Positions 19,701-26,924 of a DNA stretch of 64,000 nucleotides are shown one piece after another (positions within the stretch are counted from its first letter, which is position 1; the number at the start of each line of letters is the position of its first letter). Under the pieces are notes generated by a model that saw nothing but the letters and a program-made list of their open reading frames with translations, searched no databases and had not been told where the DNA came from. Origin of the DNA: an uncultured Eubacteriales bacterium (GTDB lineage: Bacteria; Bacillota; Clostridia; Christensenellales; Aristaeellaceae); contig URJB01000005.1 of the NCBI GenBank assembly GCA_900548145.1, positions 14,589 through 78,588 on the forward strand, in the 5' to 3' direction. The position numbers and the translations under genes were made by a program.

Positions 19701-19839
19701 CCATCCCGGAGAAAACCGTTTCCTCGTGCGCTGCTTTGTGGACTATCCCGAACAGCGCAGCGGCCGTGAAGTGGGCTTCAGCCTATCCCTGTTGAACGAA
19801 AACGGCCAGCCCGCTCAGGATCTTCTCTACCATGCCTGA
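16711..19839 (+). CDS. Glycoside hydrolase family 31 (alpha-glucosidase type) with about 330-aa C-terminal extension
   Basis: PPKWAFGYFQSKNRY, nucleophile block YWIDMGEP, acid/base block WSNDIDSSWEVL. ATG 7 nt after aaggagg (the track starts at an upstream TTG). Confidence 0.9.
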   Translation: MRLNQITSYELQNRELRLHFGNEAVCGLSMTAEDVLRLRFNEGLELQEDPDRMVVEQVPELLELQLIPEKACLRFRTSKVEVLVEEKPARISAYQLDGRLVFSTKPCAMGEVEKERSVLRVALDRNEGIWGLGQDPMGNVQRNGHERRMWNEWGGLHVCANAALPFYLSSHGYGLLLNSGWPSRFAIGEAKVSDPPPAHSIERSKGPWDWNVSSGEEDPDDMSLILENGRMDVFVVLRSGDEAIRGYGELTGAAPLPPKWAFGYFQSKNRYRTDEEFLTLGKTYREKKIPCDVLVLDWLWFHQFGDMEWDKEYWKDPEGMLRKLHEMNFHVMQAYHPFIYEDCLKVQKFREKGYLMGTPANTLPIFDHSNPEAREAWWQETKRFVDQGIDAYWIDMGEPRDHPQGTTCHLGSREHVHNLYSSFWAKSIYDGHVRDLKTRPFLLSRTSYAGIQRYGAALWSNDIDSSWEVLRDQVPVGIGVCASGLPYWCTDIGGFATDERFSPELFVRWLQWGVFCPLMRTHGTRAENEAWSYGSEAGPIIRKYIELRYRLLPYIYSCAREVYETSKPMLRGLFLDYPNDEKVYDLKDEYLFGPSLLIAPILNRDQRSRQVYLPEGEWFDFWTNEKISGGRTITAQASLSHIPVYVKAGSLLPLADCAQFVGDKPESRITVRTYGDHGQFVLYNDAGEGRGYQKDEYVKTLLSWENGQLTAQVIEGMESMLPSDRTYQVECCGEDGAVAEWLHFDWDQTTDRTTRIHITGDTKLEQTILQYEITLPEGMKLTHAPCYFRKTPLNKGEKTMRGLVDFQFDIQPERISQPVIFPVRIQLHIQRNGQETECQRTLLCGYGYVNDLQILGFFEPNDPADAVVMARVESGELPYSYLIGESSHQSMERKTIDDGELSNGGAGTDEAARKVFWKHCVNATCFGYQDMRAFASKRMKNGRGTGYASFTAISPDERECSFEFSADRTFALWVNGELAYEKDGMQLKQVPETKLRLHPGENRFLVRCFVDYPEQRSGREVGFSLSLLNENGQPAQDLLYHA

Positions 19840-19855
19840 AAAAGGAGACATCACC

Positions 19856-20857
19856 ATGAACGAAATCAGCAATGTACTGGTAACGGTTCCTTTTCCAGAG
19901 GAACAAATGAAAAAATTGGAACAGGCCTTTGCTCCTGCCAAGGTCTGGATCCTGTCCAATAAGGATACCGAAGGAATTTCCAAGGCACTGGAGCACGCCG
20001 AAGTTGCGATTCTTAATGGCGACCTGAACGATCAGATTCTTCGAGAGGGTCAAAAACTGCGCTGGATCCATTGTGACCACTCTGGTCTGACCCATTCGGC
20101 CCGGCAGGAGATTTTCGACCGTGGGTTGGCTGTCACGGGGGCGGCGGGACGTTCCGCCCCCACGCTGGCCGAACATGCCATTATGTTCATGCTCTCCCTG
20201 ACGTATGCTCTGCCCGAGCTGTTTGAACTGCAAAAAAAGCATCAATGGGGTGGCCTGCCCGGTTATAACGACCGGCGCGGCCTGATTGAAAAAACAGCGG
20301 GTATTATCGGCGTAGGCCATGCCGGTTCGGAACTGGCACGCCGTCTGAAAGCCTTCGGAATGAACGTTATCGGCTATCGCCGCCGTGCTCAGGACGTAGA
20401 AGGCGTGGATCGGATGTATTCCAAAGATGCCGGAGATACAATCGCTCCCCTGCTTCAACAAAGCGACTATCTGATCCTGATGACCCGTCTCAATGATGAA
20501 ACCTACCACATGATCGGTCGGGAAGAACTGCGGCAAATGAAGCCGGGGGCCTATTTGATCAACATGTGCCGGGGAAGCGTTATCGATGAGGCGGCCCTGC
20601 GGGAGGCGCTGGAGACCGACGTCATTCAGGGAGCGGGCGTGGATACCACGGAAGTAGAACCGCTTCCCGCCGACAGCCTCCTGTGGGATGTCCCCCATTT
20701 GATCATTACTCCCCATAACACCCCTACCGTGCCGGATCGTTGGGCGCGCTCGCTGCAGATCGTCCTGGAAAATCTGGAACTCTATCGGGAAGGGAAAACG
20801 CTGCAGAATCAGCTGACTCAGGAAGATCTTTTCAGCCGTAAGCGTCCCACAGCCTAA
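19856..20857 (+). CDS. D-isomer-specific 2-hydroxyacid dehydrogenase family protein
   Basis: AGIIGVGHAGSELARRL NAD fold; NMCRGSVIDEAAL; ITPHNT. Starts 17 nt after the GH31 stop with RBS aaggaga. Confidence 0.85.
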   Translation: MNEISNVLVTVPFPEEQMKKLEQAFAPAKVWILSNKDTEGISKALEHAEVAILNGDLNDQILREGQKLRWIHCDHSGLTHSARQEIFDRGLAVTGAAGRSAPTLAEHAIMFMLSLTYALPELFELQKKHQWGGLPGYNDRRGLIEKTAGIIGVGHAGSELARRLKAFGMNVIGYRRRAQDVEGVDRMYSKDAGDTIAPLLQQSDYLILMTRLNDETYHMIGREELRQMKPGAYLINMCRGSVIDEAALREALETDVIQGAGVDTTEVEPLPADSLLWDVPHLIITPHNTPTVPDRWARSLQIVLENLELYREGKTLQNQLTQEDLFSRKRPTA

Positions 20858-20873
20858 TTTCAGGAGGAAAAAG

Positions 20874-22991
20874 ATGCCTTGGTATACAGAGGTAACCCGC
20901 TGGGGTCAAACCAACCTGACGGAAAACGATCCCCCACGAATTGATCTTGATTTTTGGCGGAAATATTGGAAAAAAATGCGCATTGGCGGCGTTATCGTAA
21001 ACGCCGGCGGCATTGTAGCCTATTACCCCAGTCGGTTTCCTCTGCAATACCGGGCAAAAGAGCTGGGCAATGGCGACCTGCTGGGCCGTTTCATCCGTAC
21101 CGCACGGGAAGAGGGACTGGCCATCATTGCCCGCATGGACAGCAATCGGGCCACGGAGGAATTTTATCGGGCTCACCCAGACTGGTTCTGCGTAGATCGT
21201 GACGGAAAGCCCTATCAGTCTCAGGGACGTTACTTTTCCTGTGTCAACAGCGATTATTACCGGGAATACCTGCCCGCCGTTTTAAGAGAAATCGTCGAAA
21301 GAGAGCACCCGGACGGTTTTGCCGACAACAGCTGGTCCGGGATGCGAAAAGGAACCATCTGCTACTGCGATAACTGCCGGAAACGTTTTCAGGCGGACTG
21401 CGGCGCAGCGCTGCCGGAAAAAGCAGACTGGGAGGATCCCGTCTACCGCAAATACGTCAATTGGAGCTATCGGTGCCGTACAGAAGTATGGCAGCGCTTT
21501 GACAGGGTCGTTCAGGAGGCGGGAGGGCCGGATTGCCGTTGGATCGGGATGGTCAACGCAGACCCGGCCGATCTGGGCGGTCACTATGTGGATCTGCACG
21601 CTGTCTGCTTCATGGCTCCCGTTGTGCTTAACGATCATCAAAGCCGCAACGCGCTGGATGGTTTCGAACAAAACGTCCTCAACGGTCAGCTGCTTCATCT
21701 ACTGGGTGGCGAGGACAAACTGGTGCTGGAAAGCATGGCGCATTATGTGACAGGCGACAGAACCTTCCGTCTCAGCGCCATGCCGGCCGCCGAGGTGCAG
21801 ACATGGATGGCGGCAGGGTTTGCCGGTGGGATCTCGCCATGGTTCCATCACATCAGCGGCGGCACGGAAGACCGGCGCAGATTTTCTTCCACACCCGAAC
21901 TGATGCAGTGGCATGAAAAAAACGAGCTTTCATTGTACAGCCGCAAAAGTCTGGCCGACGTAGCGCTGCTCTGGAGCCGGGAAAACAGTGATTTCTATGG
22001 ACGTGATCAGGTGCGGCAGCGCGTGTCGCTGCCCTGGCGCGGCTTTACGGCGGCGCTTCGGGATATGCGGATGCCCTTTCTTCCCCTGAATGCAAGCGAT
22101 CTTGGCCGGGAAAAAGGCAGGCTCCGCGCCGTCATTCTGCCTGATCTGGCCGCCATGAGTGATGAGCAGGAAGAGGCCCTTTGCACCTACCTGCGTGAAG
22201 GTGGCAGCATTCTCCTCACCGGGAAAAGTGGTTTGCTCAATGAAGAGGGCCTTCCCCGCCGGGAAAGCAAGCTATGGCGTATGTTGGGTATGGAACTGGC
22301 TTCCCATGCGGAAGAAAGCACCGCCGAAGCCCGTGGAAATTGGGAAAACGCCGCCCGTCATACATATCTGGCGTTAGAACCGAAACGCCACGCACTTTGG
22401 AAAGGGCTGGAAGATACCGACATTCTCGGCTTCGGCGGAATCTTGACTCCCGTGCGTTCCCTTGGCCTGCTGAAACCATTGGGCGGCGTTATTCCGCCCT
22501 TCCCGATTTATCCGCCGGAAATGGCCGCGATTCCACAGCCTGATTGGCGCTTCCCGGTCATGCTGGCCGGTGAATTGCCCTGGGGCGGTCGGGCCGTCTA
22601 CTTGGCAGCGGATATTGACCGTTGCTACGGACAGGATCGTCTGCCGGATCACAGTCTTCTTTTACAAAACGCTGTGGATTGGGTCATTGAAGGCCAGCGT
22701 CCTCTCTGGGTAGACGGCCCCGGCAAGCTGGCCGTCAGCCTGTATCAGCAGGGAAAACGCAAAATTCTGCATCTGGTCAATGTGGGCGAGATGGATGGAA
22801 AGCCCGGATATCGGGATGAAATTCTTCCTCTGCCGGAAGTCATCGTCTCGCTGCCCTTAGCGGAAGACGGCAACGTTTGCAGCCTGACCCGTTCTGTTCC
22901 ACCGGAAACCTGGCGGCAGGATGGCCGCATATATATCAAAATTCAACAGTTGGAACTTCAAGAAGTTCTGGTCGTGGAGGAAAAGCCATGA
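20874..22991 (+). CDS. GHL6 / GH42-like TIM-barrel protein, paralogue 1 (activity unknown)
   Basis: N-terminal W..QTNL..ND block, SCVNS + CYCDNC cysteine cluster. Homologous along its length to the ORFs at 22988 and 26921. Confidence 0.8.
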   Translation: MPWYTEVTRWGQTNLTENDPPRIDLDFWRKYWKKMRIGGVIVNAGGIVAYYPSRFPLQYRAKELGNGDLLGRFIRTAREEGLAIIARMDSNRATEEFYRAHPDWFCVDRDGKPYQSQGRYFSCVNSDYYREYLPAVLREIVEREHPDGFADNSWSGMRKGTICYCDNCRKRFQADCGAALPEKADWEDPVYRKYVNWSYRCRTEVWQRFDRVVQEAGGPDCRWIGMVNADPADLGGHYVDLHAVCFMAPVVLNDHQSRNALDGFEQNVLNGQLLHLLGGEDKLVLESMAHYVTGDRTFRLSAMPAAEVQTWMAAGFAGGISPWFHHISGGTEDRRRFSSTPELMQWHEKNELSLYSRKSLADVALLWSRENSDFYGRDQVRQRVSLPWRGFTAALRDMRMPFLPLNASDLGREKGRLRAVILPDLAAMSDEQEEALCTYLREGGSILLTGKSGLLNEEGLPRRESKLWRMLGMELASHAEESTAEARGNWENAARHTYLALEPKRHALWKGLEDTDILGFGGILTPVRSLGLLKPLGGVIPPFPIYPPEMAAIPQPDWRFPVMLAGELPWGGRAVYLAADIDRCYGQDRLPDHSLLLQNAVDWVIEGQRPLWVDGPGKLAVSLYQQGKRKILHLVNVGEMDGKPGYRDEILPLPEVIVSLPLAEDGNVCSLTRSVPPETWRQDGRIYIKIQQLELQEVLVVEEKP

Positions 22992-25045
22992 ATCACGAAT
23001 GGTGGAAAAAGCCCCTGCGGGTTATTCAGACCAATTTACAGGTGCTGGATACCCCCAAAATGGAGCCTGAAAAAATCGCCGCGGAAATGGAAGACCTGGG
23101 GGCCAATGTGCTGGTGGTCAATGTAGGCGGCATTTACGCGTGGTACCCAACGGAAGTACCGTTCCATACGGTGAATCCCTGTCTCCCGGAGTCCTTCGAT
23201 TTGCTTCAGGAACTGATCATTTCCTGTCACCGCCGAAACATTCGACTGGTGGCTCGTTATGATTTTTCCAAGGCAAGCGACAGCGTTTACCAACGGAAAC
23301 CCCAATGGTTTTCCCGCAATCCTGATGGAACTCCGCAGGTCATCGGCGCGATGCGTCCGGGGCAATGGGATCTGCTCTACTCCACCTGCATCAACAGCGG
23401 ATACCGCAATGGTGAGGTTGCGGAAAAGGTACTACGTGAATCTCTGAGCCGCTATGAGATCGACGGCGTTTTCTTCAACGCGCCCCATCCAACCGACTGT
23501 CATTGCTCCCGTTGCAAGGAAAAATATCGTTCTCTGTACGGCGAGGAACTTCCTGATCTGCAACGCAATTGGCGTAAGGAATGGAAGAGCCGCTGTCTGT
23601 ACGACAACACCACCCGTCTGCGGCAGGCGGTTCAGGAAACCCGAAGCGACGTTCCTGTGATTCTCTACTATTCCATCGCCTCTGACAATCTGTTCGATCG
23701 GTTGGCCAGCTGCGATATGATCTGTGCGGAGCCGCAGGATGTTCTTTCCCTTGGCTGGAAAGAGATTCCGCAGAGCTTTAAGCCTGCCCTGTGCATCCGT
23801 CTAGGCCGTTCCGAGCCGGATACGCCCCGTCCATTCGGCATTATTCATTCCTGTCCCGGAATGGACTGGCGACATACAGGCCTACCAAGCGCCGAATATC
23901 TTTACTGGATGAGTCAGGTACCTGCCAATGGCGGCCAGATCTGGCACTCCATCACCGGCTTCCCAGATACCATCTCCGATAAGCGCATTCTGGAAAATGT
24001 CCGCACGATGAACCGCCAGATCATGAAAGTAGAAAAAGATATGGAAGGCGCACGTTCCCGGGCGGCCGTCGCGCTTCTCTGGGATATGGACGGCGGAGAC
24101 ATGGCCAAAGCCTTTGGCGGCAGGCTGGACGCGCCCGCCAACAGTTGGGCGGAAGCAATGCTGGACAGTCAGATTCCCTTTGACGTACTGCTGCCGGAAC
24201 AAATCTGTCAAGGGCGTCTGAAAGATTATCAGGTACTGGTCGCTCCTGCAGGTCTGCGGGAGGGCGAACTTCTGAAGGCCGTTCAGGAGTTCGTTCATCA
24301 GGGCGGCTGCGCCGTGGTGGAAGCCTCCGGCGAGCCGGACAAAAAGGTGACGGAGTGGTTGGGAATCCGGCAAGGTGTCCAGCAAAGTGAACCCTTGAAT
24401 GCCTGCTATCTTCGGATGGAACCCGGCAATGACCTGCCCATGGAGCAGCTTACGCACACGCCGCTTCTTCCCCTACGGGGACGTGTCCTGTATGCGGAAG
24501 CCATGGAAAACACCAAAGTGCTTGGAACACTGGTACCGCCCTTTGCCCCCATGGAGGCCGTCGGTGCCCCACCTGAACGGGCCAGCATTCCCTGTTCTCA
24601 AACTGATCTGCCCATGCTGCTCCGCCGCCGGGAAGGCGCCGGTTCCATCGTTTCTTTCCTCTTCCCTATGGCGGCTATGATCGGCGAGCTGAAATTAAAC
24701 GAACACACGCTGCTGGTCTCCGGTGTGCTGCGTCAGGCGCTGGGGAACCGGCTGGATGTGCGCATGACTCCTATTCGCGGCATTCAGCTGATGGAATATG
24801 AAAAACCGGGCTGCCGCCTGATCCATCTGGTCAATGGGATCGGCCAGCGGCCCCTGAGTCAGAACATCCCCTGCTCCGTTACTTTGGAAATCGATTGGGC
24901 GGACGAAAAACCGCTGCCCCAAATCCGCAGCCTTCTGGGCGAGGCCCCACAGGTATGCCGAAAGAACGGAAAGCTGGAAATTACGCCCTCTCCCATTCTC
25001 ACTTGGGAAGTTATCTGTCTGGACATGAAGGAGGACCTGCAATGA
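22988..25045 (+). CDS. GHL6 / GH42-like TIM-barrel protein, paralogue 2
   Basis: MNHEWWKKPLRVIQTNLQVLD start; TCINS + CHCSRC cluster. ATGA overlap with paralogue 1 (track ORF trimmed from 22877). Confidence 0.8.
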   Translation: MNHEWWKKPLRVIQTNLQVLDTPKMEPEKIAAEMEDLGANVLVVNVGGIYAWYPTEVPFHTVNPCLPESFDLLQELIISCHRRNIRLVARYDFSKASDSVYQRKPQWFSRNPDGTPQVIGAMRPGQWDLLYSTCINSGYRNGEVAEKVLRESLSRYEIDGVFFNAPHPTDCHCSRCKEKYRSLYGEELPDLQRNWRKEWKSRCLYDNTTRLRQAVQETRSDVPVILYYSIASDNLFDRLASCDMICAEPQDVLSLGWKEIPQSFKPALCIRLGRSEPDTPRPFGIIHSCPGMDWRHTGLPSAEYLYWMSQVPANGGQIWHSITGFPDTISDKRILENVRTMNRQIMKVEKDMEGARSRAAVALLWDMDGGDMAKAFGGRLDAPANSWAEAMLDSQIPFDVLLPEQICQGRLKDYQVLVAPAGLREGELLKAVQEFVHQGGCAVVEASGEPDKKVTEWLGIRQGVQQSEPLNACYLRMEPGNDLPMEQLTHTPLLPLRGRVLYAEAMENTKVLGTLVPPFAPMEAVGAPPERASIPCSQTDLPMLLRRREGAGSIVSFLFPMAAMIGELKLNEHTLLVSGVLRQALGNRLDVRMTPIRGIQLMEYEKPGCRLIHLVNGIGQRPLSQNIPCSVTLEIDWADEKPLPQIRSLLGEAPQVCRKNGKLEITPSPILTWEVICLDMKEDLQ

Positions 25046-25950
25046 AAGGGAACTATCAGGATTATATGAAACTGGGAATCGTGCATTTCATGGCTTATCC
25101 GAAAGCCATGGCCGGAACGGACGACATGAGTGAAAGCATCCATCGAATTATGGCGGATCCCGATTTTGGCTGCATCGAGCTGACCCGCATGGCGACCCCT
25201 GAAATGCGGAAGCAAGCCCGAAGCTGGGCGGCCCAGAGTGGAACCACCGTCTTCTACGGTGCTCAGCCCCAACTGATGCGCAACAAGGAGAACCTGAACA
25301 GTCTGGATGAGGAAGTCCGCCAGTCCGCCGTGCGCCGCATGAAAGCCTGCATCGACGAGGCGGAAGAAATGGGTGCGGCCGGTATTGCTTTTCTGGCATG
25401 GCATTATGACCCCAGCCGGATCGAGGAGCATTATCAGGCGCTGGTCAAAAGCACCTGCGAGATCATGGAATACGCCAAGGAGCATGGAAACATGCCCGTC
25501 AATCTGGAGGTATTCGACAAGGACGTGGAGAAATGTTCTTTGATCGGCCCTGCTCCGCTGGCCAAGCGCTTTGCCGAAGAAATAAACGCCAAGTACGACC
25601 AGTTTGGCCTGATGGTGGACTTAAGTCATATCATGCAGTTGGGAGAAAGCTTCGAAGAAAATCTGGAGCCGATCCGTCCCTATATCCGTCACGCGCATCT
25701 GGCTACCGCTGTGCTGATGCCTGAAGCGCCGGCCTACGGCGACCAGCACCCCGGATTCTATTTTGACAACGTCGTCGTGACGGAAGATATCATGGCGGAT
25801 TTTCTGCGAATGCTGTTCAAAGTGGGCTATCTGGGCGAGGGCAAGTGTCCCCCTGTCTCTTTCGAAATCAAGCCTTGGGGCGATGAGGACAGCGAAATGC
25901 TGATTGCGGGTTCCAAGCGCTTCCTGTCTCGGGCATGGGAGCTGGTCTGA
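25042..25950 (+). CDS. Xylose-isomerase-like TIM-barrel protein (sugar phosphate isomerase/epimerase family)
   Basis: Metal-ligand-type blocks NLEVF, VDLSH, HAHL, FEIKP. ATGA overlap with paralogue 2. Confidence 0.75.
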   Translation: MKGNYQDYMKLGIVHFMAYPKAMAGTDDMSESIHRIMADPDFGCIELTRMATPEMRKQARSWAAQSGTTVFYGAQPQLMRNKENLNSLDEEVRQSAVRRMKACIDEAEEMGAAGIAFLAWHYDPSRIEEHYQALVKSTCEIMEYAKEHGNMPVNLEVFDKDVEKCSLIGPAPLAKRFAEEINAKYDQFGLMVDLSHIMQLGESFEENLEPIRPYIRHAHLATAVLMPEAPAYGDQHPGFYFDNVVVTEDIMADFLRMLFKVGYLGEGKCPPVSFEIKPWGDEDSEMLIAGSKRFLSRAWELV

Positions 25951-25967
25951 AAGGAGAAAAATTACCT

Positions 25968-26924
25968 ATGAAAATCGTAGTATTAGACGGTCACACGGAA
26001 AACCCGGGCGACCTGAGCTGGGCGGAACTGGAAAAGCTGGGCGAGCTGACCGTTTATGACTTCAGCGAACCGGCGGAAGCGGCAGAGCGTATGGCGGACG
26101 CTGAGATCGTGCTGACCAACAAAACCGTTATCACCCGAGAAATGATCGAAAGTCATCCTCACCTGCGTATGATCGGCGTGCTGGCTACCGGCTTTAACGT
26201 GGTGGATACCGTCGCGGCTGCGGAACGGCATATCCCTGTATGCAACGTTCCTTCTTACGCCACGGACGCGGTTGCCCAGTATACCTTTGCGCTCCTGTTG
26301 GAGCTTTGCCATCGGGTGGGCGCGCATAATCAGGCCGTGCAGGAAGGCCGCTGGACCCAGGGTCGAGAGTTCTGTTTCTGGGATTACCCGCAGATCGAAC
26401 TGAGTGGGAAGACCATGGGTCTGATTGGCTACGGCCGCATCGGAAAGGCTGTGGAGCGCATCGCCCGCGCTTTCGATATGACGGTCCTTCACACCACGCC
26501 CTCGGGCCGGGAAGGCAGCGTTTCTTTGGACGAAGTGCTGCGGCAGAGCGACGTCATTTCTCTTCATTGCCCGTTGACAAAGGAGAATCGGCACCTGATC
26601 AGCCATGAAACGATTGCCAAAATGAAGCCCGGCGTTCTGCTGATCAATACCGGGCGCGGCCCGTTGGTGGACGAAGCCGCCCTCCGAGAAGCCCTGCTCA
26701 ACGGCCATGTGGCCGGAGCGGCCATGGATGTGACCGAACAGGAGCCCATCCCCGCGGACAGCCCTCTGCTGGGCTTGGACAACTGCCTGATCACCCCGCA
26801 CATTGCTTGGGCTGCCAAGGAAGCCCGGCAGCGCCTGATGAATACGGTCGTGGAAAACGTCCGCGCCTTTCTACAGGGAAGCCCGGTCAATGCGGTCAAC
26901 GGCGTTTTGGAGACCCGCCCATGA
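25968..26924 (+). CDS. D-isomer-specific 2-hydroxyacid dehydrogenase family protein
   Basis: MGLIGYGRIGKAVERIA; NTGRGPLVDEAAL; ITPHIAWAA. RBS aaaggag. Confidence 0.88.
   Translation: MKIVVLDGHTENPGDLSWAELEKLGELTVYDFSEPAEAAERMADAEIVLTNKTVITREMIESHPHLRMIGVLATGFNVVDTVAAAERHIPVCNVPSYATDAVAQYTFALLLELCHRVGAHNQAVQEGRWTQGREFCFWDYPQIELSGKTMGLIGYGRIGKAVERIARAFDMTVLHTTPSGREGSVSLDEVLRQSDVISLHCPLTKENRHLISHETIAKMKPGVLLINTGRGPLVDEAALREALLNGHVAGAAMDVTEQEPIPADSPLLGLDNCLITPHIAWAAKEARQRLMNTVVENVRAFLQGSPVNAVNGVLETRP

Noticed and set aside
16249-19704. 1151-aa ORF on the minus strand
   Set aside because: Antisense shadow of the GH31 gene. Its translation is Arg/Gly/Ala/Pro/His-rich with no motifs, while the plus frame carries the GH31 catalytic blocks. 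Long stop-free antisense frames are expected opposite GC3-rich genes.
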